From: Promethearchaeota archaeon
GTDB lineage: Archaea > Asgardarchaeota > Lokiarchaeia > Sigyniarchaeales > SOKP01
DNA length: 15,833 nt
Reading direction: 5' to 3'
Assembly (NCBI GenBank): GCA_019058295.1
Contig: JAHPZI010000027.1
Span: forward strand, 1-15,833
Positions 7,073 to 15,596 of the stretch are shown in pieces (the stretch's first letter is position 1; each line of letters opens with the position of its first letter). Under the pieces are notes generated by a model that saw only the letters and a list, made by a program, of their open reading frames with translations, searched no databases and had not been told where the DNA came from. Both the position numbers and the translations under genes were made by a program.

Positions 7073-8209
7073 TTATTTTTTTTTACTAGAATATTCTTCC
7101 CAAGTCGGGGGATAATATGTTATTTCATTACCATTCTCATCAATTTTCTTAACATATTCTCTACCTTTCTCATCAAGGAAAACCTTTCCTGAATTTTTTA
7201 ACATTTTATATAGCTTTGCTCTTTTCTTAGGATCTGCTACACAAATAAAAGCGCAATTACCACAACGGGGGAACTCACGTTGCTCTATGGATAATAAAGC
7301 CATATTTTCAAGTTTCGAAGCAAGTGCAAATGATTTTAGAAGCTCTTTATTCACTTTTTGTATATTTTCTGAAGGATTATTCAAAATTTGAACCATTATT
7401 TTTTGCCTAACTTTAAGATCATTCCACTCTTCACGTGATATTTTTTTTAAGCATATATGATTAGGCGACCATATTGTCCAGATTCCATCCTCAGATAATC
7501 CTGCTAAGCCAGCACAGCTTATCCCACATTTTGTATATGTCCCTCGTTTAGAATAAATCTCTTTTTGTCCTCCAATGATTACTTCTTGTGTATTTTCTTC
7601 CTCATCCATAGAAGGATAACCAGAAGTACAAGCTTTTATACATATTTTACATCTATTACAATTATTTTCCTCTGCCATCGTGTCTGGATCGAGTGGAGCC
7701 GTAGTTAGAACACCTCCTAGAAATAATGATCCACCATATTCTTTTGTTACTAAATTTCCCGACCATCCTATATGACCCAACCCCGCTGCTACAGCCCCAT
7801 ATCGGAGAGAAAAATCTGGATATGCAATATCCGTTTTAAAGACATTAGAAAATGTTTTTTTCTCATCTTTTCTGTATTTTAAATTTGGAATGACTGGAAA
7901 GGCGGTATATTCTGTATTTTTTTCAATGAATTCTGCTATATTTTGTGCCGCTTTCCACGCATTGGTATATGAAACATGGAGTACTTTTTTAAGGCTCATC
8001 CTTTCTTTCTTAGAAAAATAACTTTCAAGGGCTTCTATTGGATTAGGATAAGCAAAAATGATACAACTCTGTGCTCCGGGAAGGCAATAATCCATATTAC
8101 CTGAGGGCGGTGCATCTTTAAGGCGTTCTCTACTACCAACACCAACCAATTTAGCTCCCGAATTGTGAGCTATTTTTTTTACTGCTTCTTTTAATTCCTT
8201 TAAATCCAT
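7073..8209 (-). CDS. Epoxyqueuosine reductase (QueG)/reductive dehalogenase-like cobalamin and 4Fe-4S protein
   Basis: GAKLVGV; AVAAGLGHIGWSGNLVTKEYG...LGGVLTTAPL; CNRCKICIKAC (7628-7660); later CGISC and RCGNCAFIC. No Tat signal. Confidence 0.8.
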   Translation of the reverse strand: MDLKELKEAVKKIAHNSGAKLVGVGSRERLKDAPPSGNMDYCLPGAQSCIIFAYPNPIEALESYFSKKERMSLKKVLHVSYTNAWKAAQNIAEFIEKNTEYTAFPVIPNLKYRKDEKKTFSNVFKTDIAYPDFSLRYGAVAAGLGHIGWSGNLVTKEYGGSLFLGGVLTTAPLDPDTMAEENNCNRCKICIKACTSGYPSMDEEENTQEVIIGGQKEIYSKRGTYTKCGISCAGLAGLSEDGIWTIWSPNHICLKKISREEWNDLKVRQKIMVQILNNPSENIQKVNKELLKSFALASKLENMALLSIEQREFPRCGNCAFICVADPKKRAKLYKMLKNSGKVFLDEKGREYVKKIDENGNEITYYPPTWEEYSSKKK

Positions 8210-8226
8210 TATTTGTTTTTTTTAAG

Positions 8227-9375
8227 TTAAAATTTCTTTATTATATAATAAAACCTAATAAAAACAACTAAGCTGAATAAAAATATGAAAAAAATGGGGG
8301 TTAATTCTTTCAAAATAAAAAAGAATATTAATAACATATATATTAATGACAGACATACCGTTGTTAAAGCTTTAATCTGATTTCTCTTATCCCCTTTACT
8401 TATTAACTTATTTCCATATATTATATTAAATATACCAAATATAATGCAAATAACTACTACTAAATAATGTGGATCTGGTGGTCGAAGATAATCTAAAAAT
8501 CCAAAACATAAGTTCATTCCTAATCCTCTTATTAATATAATAGAAAAATAATTTAGTTTTTCATCTGTATCCATATTATTTAACTTAGATTTTGTGTTAA
8601 AAAATATCAGGAAATTAACCATATTAAGACATAACACAATGTATATTAATATATTCAAGTAAAATCGTCCTTCTGTATCTCCATTGAGTAAAAATATCAA
8701 ATAATTCAGTGAGTTTAAAATAGTAATTGTTGTGATAGATATCAAAATTTCCGTTTCATCAATTACATTAATTTTTACTAATCTAGTAAACCAAATAGAA
8801 AGCCAAATAACAAAAAATGCAAAGATAAAAGCGGTTATAGGTACAGTTAATAACCCCAAGGCTAAAATACCTATAATTATGTGTAAAATACCGGAGAAAA
8901 AGAATAATCTAGCGGCTATAAATGGTTTCGTTCTATTTTCAAGATATTTTGGCTTTGGCTCCTCACTATCAGGTAAAAAGGAGAATAATTTTTGAAGAAT
9001 AACGAAATAAATAAGCCCTCTAACCTTAATTTTCCCTGTAGCAACCATTTTCAATAATTTATTCTGTGATATCATTCCGGCAGCAAGTTGCAGAAAGAGT
9101 TGCAATTTCATGGCCATTTTACCATTCCATCCCAGTTTCTTCTTCTTTAAATTACTTGGGTCATCATTGCGTATTCCTTCAATGTTCAATGTTCCTTTAT
9201 CGATAGTTATTAACGCAGCATATTTTCCATCTAATGGGTTTAGCAACAATTTAACGCTAATATCCTTAGAATACTCCTTAAATTCATCAATATCTTTAAC
9301 TAATTTAAGTCTATTTCCTAAAGTTGCGGCAAAACCTCTTAATCTTTCCGGCCTTTTTAGTTTTGTCTCAGACAT
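8227..9375 (-). CDS. SCP2 (sterol/lipid carrier)-like N-terminal domain fused to a ~8-TM membrane domain
   Basis: The first ~135 aa have ALITIDKGTLNIEG ... FLQLAAGMIS...KMVATGKIKVRG, typical of an SCP2 C-terminal half. A PDSEEPKPK linker follows, then eight hydrophobic segments. Confidence 0.68.
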   Translation of the reverse strand: MSETKLKRPERLRGFAATLGNRLKLVKDIDEFKEYSKDISVKLLLNPLDGKYAALITIDKGTLNIEGIRNDDPSNLKKKKLGWNGKMAMKLQLFLQLAAGMISQNKLLKMVATGKIKVRGLIYFVILQKLFSFLPDSEEPKPKYLENRTKPFIAARLFFFSGILHIIIGILALGLLTVPITAFIFAFFVIWLSIWFTRLVKINVIDETEILISITTITILNSLNYLIFLLNGDTEGRFYLNILIYIVLCLNMVNFLIFFNTKSKLNNMDTDEKLNYFSIILIRGLGMNLCFGFLDYLRPPDPHYLVVVICIIFGIFNIIYGNKLISKGDKRNQIKALTTVCLSLIYMLLIFFFILKELTPIFFIFLFSLVVFIRFYYIIKKF

Positions 9376-9491
9376 TTTACTATAGATTATATTTTATATC
9401 TTTTTTCACGATGAATTCTATTTATAGTTTTAGATTCCTAATTTATCTATCAAAGCATTAGCATCTATTTTAAGAGTTTTCATCATCATAT

Positions 9492-10223
9492 TTAGTCTGA
9501 AGCGATCAGCTTTTTAAACCATTTTGGCATTCCAAAGGCAAAATATATTTCTAAAAATGCAGAAAGAAATATAATGGCTACTATAAATAGAGTATAAATA
9601 TTTAATGAAAAGACTAAACTTATGATTATTCCCATGCAATAAGAGACTATTGCTAATAGAAAAAATAAACCTTTAAACCTAATTTCTGGATCTTTAGCCT
9701 TTCTTGACTCCTTAAAAAATATTATAGCTGTTATTAATGTAATAATTATTGCTATTGCGTTCACAAAATTCCATATCATATTTGGCCTAAAATGAAGGGG
9801 TGTGTCTGATGGATATCCCATATTACTAGGATCTACCAATAGAAAATAAATAAATATTGTCCTATGTAATACGGTATATACTGTCATGAATGACAAAATT
9901 AATTTTTGCTTATCTTTATATATAGTATTAGTAAATGCAATAAGCCATAATATGGCTGAAACATGAGATAAAATTGAGGATAACATAAAATAGACCTGAA
10001 TAGATAATCCTTTTCCTGTTATGAGAATGGATATAAAAGCACCTAATACCCCCCAAAAAAAAGAAGTAATGCATATTAAGCATAAACCCATAAATAATAG
10101 TGTGTTTTCTTTATATCTTATGTACTTTTTAATCATTAACAATCCTAAAAAAATACCAATCGAGATTATAATTATCGTTATTATTCCATTAGCATAATCT
10201 AACGGTAAAAGTTTAATTGCCAT
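9492..10223 (-). CDS. Uncharacterised 7TM membrane protein (Lokiarchaeia-type)
   Basis: Seven hydrophobic stretches with basic loops KKYIRYKE and ESRKAKDPEIRFKG. No Lys within TM7. Confidence 0.8.
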   Translation of the reverse strand: MAIKLLPLDYANGIITIIIISIGIFLGLLMIKKYIRYKENTLLFMGLCLICITSFFWGVLGAFISILITGKGLSIQVYFMLSSILSHVSAILWLIAFTNTIYKDKQKLILSFMTVYTVLHRTIFIYFLLVDPSNMGYPSDTPLHFRPNMIWNFVNAIAIIITLITAIIFFKESRKAKDPEIRFKGLFFLLAIVSYCMGIIISLVFSLNIYTLFIVAIIFLSAFLEIYFAFGMPKWFKKLIASD

Positions 10224-10301
10224 TCTTTTCCTCTTTAATACTATATAATTCGAAGTTTGATAATATTTCTATAACTTATCTAAATTTAACCTTTCTTATC
10301 T

Positions 10302-10342
10302 CAAAATATTTATATATTATTATCAAATTATATTATATATAA
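10302..10342. promoter_or_regulatory. TATA-like elements in the divergent 7TM / AbrB-ligase intergenic region
   Basis: CAAAATA-TTTATATA (TATA at 10309-10316) and the palindrome TTATATATAA (10333-10342). The AT-rich background lowers specificity. Confidence 0.4.
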
Positions 10343-10375
10343 AGATTACTCACGTAGGAATTACGGCAGTAAAGA

Positions 10376-12229
10376 ATGATCGGAAAAAAGTTAAATTATT
10401 CAATAAAAAAAACTAAAGCATTCGGTCGAATCACTGTCAGAAAATCTGGTGGGAATGGTTATTTAAGTAATTGGATATATATACCAACTAAAATAGTTAA
10501 AAATGATTTATTTCAATATAAAAATAATGATAAAGTTCAAATTGAAATAACCAAAGATGGAAAACTCTTAATTAGTAAAGTTGATGAACTTGTTAAACTT
10601 ATTAATGAATATGGACTTAAAAATGCAACATTACCTAGTGTTATAGAAAAAAAAGCATTAGAAAATAAATCTCGGCCATTTCTCTATTATAAAGATAAAG
10701 TATTTTCTTATAAAGAGCTAAATGAAGAATCTAATCGCATTGCTCATGGAATTATTAATTTATTAGAAGAAATTGGGTTAAGAAATCCTAAAAAAACAAT
10801 AAAAAGACAAATAAAGATAGCATTAATGCTTCCTAATTGTCCCGATTTTATATTTTCCTGGATCGGGATTATAAAGTCTCGTTGTATTGCAGTCCCGATC
10901 AATCCTGCTTTAGAGGGGAATATTCTAAAAGAAATTCTTATTGAAAGTGAAAGTGAAGTAATGATATTAGATTATCAATATTTTGAAACTTTTGAAAAAA
11001 TTAAAGATGAATTACCCAGAATAAAAAAAATTTTTATTCTAAATGCACCATCGAAATTTGAATTTAATGCAAATGTTCTTAATTATAATAAAATTAACAC
11101 ATCAAACATAATAAATCCCAATTTAAAAGTTAAAGATTTTTATCAAATGGAAATACTATATACATCGGGAACAACAGGAAAACCTAAATCACTTCTCTTT
11201 AGAAATTATTATGCTCTTACAGGAATCAATGTGGGTAAAGAATTAAATAAAATTGGTCTTGACGAAAATTCAATTATTTATTGTCCTTTTCCATTATATC
11301 ACGCATTAGGACAATTACTAGGAGTTCTACCTGCACTCTTCTATAATGCATCAATAGTTATTCCAGAATCTTTTACACCTATAAAATTTTGGAAAGATGT
11401 TAATAAATATGAAATTACGGGAATTTTTTGTTTTAAAAAATTTTTACAGCAATTGATGGACCAAATACCCTCCAAAACCGATAGTAATCATTCAGTTAAA
11501 TGGGCGTTTGGATTTGGAGTTCTTGATGATATTTGGGAAAGTTTTGAAAAAAGATTTGGAATAAAAATATATACAAGTTGGACTTTAACCGAAGCAGTTG
11601 GAATAACAATAAATACAATAGGGTCAAAAGGAGGTAAAGTGGGTTCGGTCGGAAAACCAGTAAGTGGATATGAAGTTAAAGTAATTGATTTGAATGGAAA
11701 TATTTTACCACCAGGAATAGGTAATATAGGTCAAATAGTTTCGAGAAGTACTATACCAATTCCTTTAGAATATTATAAAAATAAAAATAAAAGTAAAGCT
11801 GAGAATAGTTGGTTTGAAACAGGGGATTATGGTTATAAAGATAAGGATGGTTTTTTTTATTATGTAGGAAGAGAGTCAGATATGATAACTTCTGATAAAG
11901 AAATATTCTTTGCAAGGGAAATTGAATCAATAGCAAATTCTCATCCCTATATCTTAGAATGTGCTGCATTCGAGATTCCAAATAGAAAGGGTATTAAAAT
12001 TTGTATTGTTTTAAAAAAACCAGGATTATTAACCCACAGAGAAATTTATGATTACTTAAATCAAAATCTTGCATATTTCATGGTTCCAAAATATATTGAA
12101 ATCAAGAAACATTTGCCAAAATCCACTCTAGATTTTATTAAGAAATATAAATTAAAAGAAGAATGGGAAAATAAAAATTCTTATAATAATACCTGGAATG
12201 CAGAAATAAAAGACTTTTTAAAAAAGTAA
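10376..12229 (+). CDS. AbrB/SpoVT-like N-terminal domain fused to an AMP-binding (CaiC-like acyl-CoA ligase) fold with degenerate C-terminal motifs
   Basis: N-terminus GRITVRKSGG...WIYIPTKIV...NDKVQIEITKDGKLLISKV. ANL motifs YTSGTTGKPK, PLYH, WTLTE, WFETGD, GRESDMI, AYFMVPKYI, LPKSTLDFIKK. Confidence 0.85.
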   Translation: MIGKKLNYSIKKTKAFGRITVRKSGGNGYLSNWIYIPTKIVKNDLFQYKNNDKVQIEITKDGKLLISKVDELVKLINEYGLKNATLPSVIEKKALENKSRPFLYYKDKVFSYKELNEESNRIAHGIINLLEEIGLRNPKKTIKRQIKIALMLPNCPDFIFSWIGIIKSRCIAVPINPALEGNILKEILIESESEVMILDYQYFETFEKIKDELPRIKKIFILNAPSKFEFNANVLNYNKINTSNIINPNLKVKDFYQMEILYTSGTTGKPKSLLFRNYYALTGINVGKELNKIGLDENSIIYCPFPLYHALGQLLGVLPALFYNASIVIPESFTPIKFWKDVNKYEITGIFCFKKFLQQLMDQIPSKTDSNHSVKWAFGFGVLDDIWESFEKRFGIKIYTSWTLTEAVGITINTIGSKGGKVGSVGKPVSGYEVKVIDLNGNILPPGIGNIGQIVSRSTIPIPLEYYKNKNKSKAENSWFETGDYGYKDKDGFFYYVGRESDMITSDKEIFFAREIESIANSHPYILECAAFEIPNRKGIKICIVLKKPGLLTHREIYDYLNQNLAYFMVPKYIEIKKHLPKSTLDFIKKYKLKEEWENKNSYNNTWNAEIKDFLKK

Positions 12230-12294
12230 GAAAAAATGAATAAAAAATAAGGTGAAATTTAATTAAAATTAATGTTTTTTGGAAGTTTTTTAAA

Positions 12295-13002
12295 ATGAAT
12301 ATTCTAAGCATATTAAGTATGTATAATATTAAGCTAGGATATATTGATTATATAGAATTAAGCTTATGGATAATTTTATGTGGTGTTCTAGTTTTTGGCT
12401 GCATTGCAATTTTAATGAAATATAGAAAAACTCAGATTTCCTTGTTTTCTATATATGTAATAGTTTGTATTTTTTTCTTAATTGCAACAATTCTTAGAAT
12501 TTATATGAAGTTTTTTATGGGAAAACCTATTGAGGGAAATCCTTATTATCCTCCAGATGTTTTAATCTTACTTATTTTAGTTGCGATTTTTAATAATATA
12601 TCATTGTTTTTATTGTATTTTGATTTAGAAAAAAAACAAATAAAAGAATCTCATTATGCTTTTTCTATAATGGTATGGGTATTATTGACTATTATAATCT
12701 TAGAAGCTATAACAAGAGATATATTAATTAGAATAATCTTGATAATAATGTTTATTATAGTTGTAGCAGGATTACCCTTTATGTATTTATATATTGGAAT
12801 AAAAGCAAAAGGTAATCTTAGAGCTAGAGCTCTAATGATAGGTATAGGAATAATGCTAGTTTGTTTAAGTATAGCTATGGATCAGCCTGTTGGTGAAATA
12901 GTTTTTAGTGGAGTACATGAGATAATTAGAGCTATATTTGTTCCAACAATCTATATAATTGGAATGCTCTTATTAATATATGGTTTAGGAAAAGCACAAT
13001 AA
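12295..13002 (+). CDS. Uncharacterised 7TM membrane protein
   Basis: Seven hydrophobic segments with basic loops MKYRKTQ and IKAKGNLRARA in the same positions as in 9492-10223. The exact start is uncertain (M1 or M9). Confidence 0.78.
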   Translation: MNILSILSMYNIKLGYIDYIELSLWIILCGVLVFGCIAILMKYRKTQISLFSIYVIVCIFFLIATILRIYMKFFMGKPIEGNPYYPPDVLILLILVAIFNNISLFLLYFDLEKKQIKESHYAFSIMVWVLLTIIILEAITRDILIRIILIIMFIIVVAGLPFMYLYIGIKAKGNLRARALMIGIGIMLVCLSIAMDQPVGEIVFSGVHEIIRAIFVPTIYIIGMLLLIYGLGKAQ

Positions 13003-13067
13003 AAGCTAATTTCAAAGAAAGAAAAACAATTTTTTATTTTAAAAATAATACTTTAGGTGCCATAAAA

Positions 13068-14606
13068 ATGAGTGAAAAAATGAATGTATTGTTTATAATA
13101 ACTGATCAACAACGTGCTGATCATCTAAGTTGTGCAGGAAATCCTGATTTAAAGACACCAAATCTTGATGCTCTTGCAAATGACGGGATTAGGTTTACAA
13201 ATTGTTTTTGTTCAAACCCAATGTGTATGCCTAATAGATCCACATTTTTTACAGGATTATATCCTAGCTTGCATGGAGTACGATGTAACGGCATCAATTT
13301 AAATCCAGAAATACCAACAATAACTGATACATTACATAAAGCTGGTTATCATAATGTTTCTATAGGAAAGGTACATTTAAATTGGAGTGCTAAGGGATAT
13401 ACTAGGAAAGATAAATCTGTAGAAACCTTAACTGATTGGTTGTTTAGACCGAAAAAAAAACGACCTAAAATCCCAATACCTTATTATGGATTAGATGAGG
13501 TTGAGATAACAATAGGACACGGGGACGCGGTAGGAGGGGATTATACGGATTGGATTGAGGAAAAAGCACCTCAAATGCTTAGTGAATTAATTGAGAGAGC
13601 TCCAAAATTATTTGAGAAGCTTTATTATGATACTACACTACCAGAAGATTTATATCAAACTACTTATATTACGGAAAGGACTATTGCCTTTCTTGAGAGA
13701 TTTGCTGAAGGAAAATATGAAAATCAGCCTTTTTTCATGCAATGTTCATACCCAGATCCGCATCATCCTGTCTGTCCTCCTTCACCCTATAATGAAATGT
13801 ATAAACCTGAAGAACTTACCTTACCTCCTCAATTTAAAGAGTCTTTTGATGAGCATCCATTAGTTGGACCTTTTTTAAAAGATCCAGTCTTCTCAAGGTT
13901 AGTTCTTCGTAAATCAACAGAGGAAGAAGTACGAAAATTCTTGGCGTATACTTATGGTTCTTTAACAATGATTGATCATGGAGTAGGTCTAATTCTCTCA
14001 GCTTTGAAATCATTAGGTCTTGAAAAAAACACAATGGTTATTTTTACAAGTGATCACGGAGATCTCGGCGGAGAATATAAACTTTTATTAAAAGGACCTG
14101 CACACAGCAGAGGGCTTTTAAATATTCCCTTAATATGGAAGGTTCCTGGAATTACAAAGAAAAATACAATAACTAATTCTCTCGTATCCACTATCGACTA
14201 TCCAATCACCATATTAAAATTATTGGATATTGACCCAAAATTATATCCTCCAGAAATGCAAGGCTATGATTTAAGTCCAATTCTAATAAATCCAGAAGAA
14301 AAAGTTAGAGATCATGTACTCATTGAAGAAGATGAAGAATTACCAAGAATGATTAAAGGTAAAGATATTAAAATTCGTGTTAGGACCTTAATCCAGGAGT
14401 ATAATGATTCTTTATACAAAATATCATTATGGCAAGGAAACGATGATTACGGAGATCTTATAAATTTAAATGAGGATCCATTAGAAATTAATAATTTATG
14501 GCACGATAATAATTCAAAAAATTTACGATTTGAACTTTTAAATAAATTGTTCCATGAAGTATTAAAATTACAAAGTAATTTACCAAAGAAGCAAGCTTTA
14601 ACTTAA
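13068..14606 (+). CDS. Formylglycine-dependent (Cys-type) sulfatase, arylsulfatase/choline-sulfatase-like
   Basis: NVLFIITDQQRAD, CMPNRST (CxPxR), GKVHL, PDPHHP, FTSDHGD, LLKG, DPLEINNL. No signal peptide. Confidence 0.93.
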   Translation: MSEKMNVLFIITDQQRADHLSCAGNPDLKTPNLDALANDGIRFTNCFCSNPMCMPNRSTFFTGLYPSLHGVRCNGINLNPEIPTITDTLHKAGYHNVSIGKVHLNWSAKGYTRKDKSVETLTDWLFRPKKKRPKIPIPYYGLDEVEITIGHGDAVGGDYTDWIEEKAPQMLSELIERAPKLFEKLYYDTTLPEDLYQTTYITERTIAFLERFAEGKYENQPFFMQCSYPDPHHPVCPPSPYNEMYKPEELTLPPQFKESFDEHPLVGPFLKDPVFSRLVLRKSTEEEVRKFLAYTYGSLTMIDHGVGLILSALKSLGLEKNTMVIFTSDHGDLGGEYKLLLKGPAHSRGLLNIPLIWKVPGITKKNTITNSLVSTIDYPITILKLLDIDPKLYPPEMQGYDLSPILINPEEKVRDHVLIEEDEELPRMIKGKDIKIRVRTLIQEYNDSLYKISLWQGNDDYGDLINLNEDPLEINNLWHDNNSKNLRFELLNKLFHEVLKLQSNLPKKQALT

Positions 14607-14695
14607 AAAAATAGAAATTTTCCATCTAAGGGATTCAGCAACAATTTAACTTTAAGAATAAAAAGTGATGTAAAATACAAATAAAATTTAAAAGA

Positions 14696-15115
14696 TTGAA
14701 TATTGCTATATTACTGTTTTTAATAGTTATAATATTTAGTTTTGTAATTGGTCTTATCTATGCGATCTTTGGAACATTTATGCCATATCACGTAGCTTAT
14801 ACGGGTAAAACTGAAAGTAATGTAAGGGCATATGATTCTGAATTAATGCTACTAATAGGAGTTTTTATTCGATTGTGTGGAATTTATGCTATGACTCTAT
14901 CAATTGCAAATTTATTTATTTTATTCTTTGGATTTCGCAAAAAGGAAAAATGGGCTTGGATTTATTTATTAATAAATGTTTGTATTATTTTTGGCTCATT
15001 ATTAATTATAACTTTTCCAGTTTTAGGTTTTAGTATAACATACATTACTTTTGTTATTTTAATAATTCTTGGGATAATAGCTTTAATAATATCTTATAAG
15101 GAATTTTTTGGATAA
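14696..15115 (+). CDS. Small 4-TM membrane protein with an FMPYH motif, function unknown
   Basis: TTG start; four hydrophobic segments; loop FMPYHVAYTG; GFRKKEKWAW. Confidence 0.7.
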   Translation: MNIAILLFLIVIIFSFVIGLIYAIFGTFMPYHVAYTGKTESNVRAYDSELMLLIGVFIRLCGIYAMTLSIANLFILFFGFRKKEKWAWIYLLINVCIIFGSLLIITFPVLGFSITYITFVILIILGIIALIISYKEFFG

Positions 15116-15119
15116 TTAC

Positions 15120-15512
15120 CTATTTTTTCAAAGTCTCATGCATTGCAAGAAAGTTTTCTAATTTTACTGCGGGATTAATACTATGACCAGAGCTTAGTAT
15201 ATATCCTCCTCCAGGAGCAATGTCACTAATTAACCTTTTTGTATATTTCTTTATATAGTCAGGGTCTTTATCCGCGAGATCTTGAGGTGATACATTCCCA
15301 CTAAGCGTAATCTTATCTCCATATTTATCTTTTAAATTAAAAATATTATAATCAGGATTCGGTGTGGTTGGCTCTATAGGATGAAGTCCATCTATTCCTG
15401 CTTTTACAAGATCTTCGAGAATTTTTGATATTTCACCACAAATATATAAAATAACTTTAAGGTTTGCCTTATGAGCTATTTTACAGAGCTGATTTAAATT
15501 ACGAACGTAAAA
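15120..15512 (-). pseudogene. C-terminal fragment of a uroporphyrinogen decarboxylase / MtaA-CmuA methyltransferase family gene
   Basis: Manual translation: FYVRNLNQLCKIAHKANLKVILYICGEISKILEDLVKAGIDGLHPIEP...LKDKYGDKITLSGNVSPQ...IAPGGGYILSSGHSINPAVKLENFLAMHETLKK*. An in-frame TAG (15515-15513) precedes it, there is no start codon at the 5' end, and the N-terminal part is absent. Confidence 0.85.
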
Positions 15513-15596
15513 CTAATGAAAGACTATAAATAGAAATGATTTATATTTATACTAATTGTAAATTACATTCATTTTAAATGAAATAATGAATTGGCG

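Noticed and set aside
7073-8209. Assigning the symbol queG or rdhA
   Set aside because: The motifs support only the shared superfamily; there is no que gene context, Tat signal or RdhB.
8732-9385. + strand ORFs 8732-8995 and 9110-9385
   Set aside because: Antisense shadows of the SCP2-TM gene.
9416-9428. 13-mer ACTATAAATAGAA shared by 9416-9428 (-) and 15523-15535 (+) as a regulon motif
   Set aside because: It is probably just a TATA box. Near-identical words also occur inside coding sequence (e.g. about 9580-9590), so chance cannot be excluded.
9492-13002. 7TM proteins as rhodopsins or true GPCRs
   Set aside because: No Schiff-base Lys in TM7 and no DRY/NPxxY motifs.
11751-14034. ORFs 11751-11981, 13591-13863 and 13834-14034
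   Set aside because: Nested in the ligase or sulfatase genes in other frames, with no domain signal.
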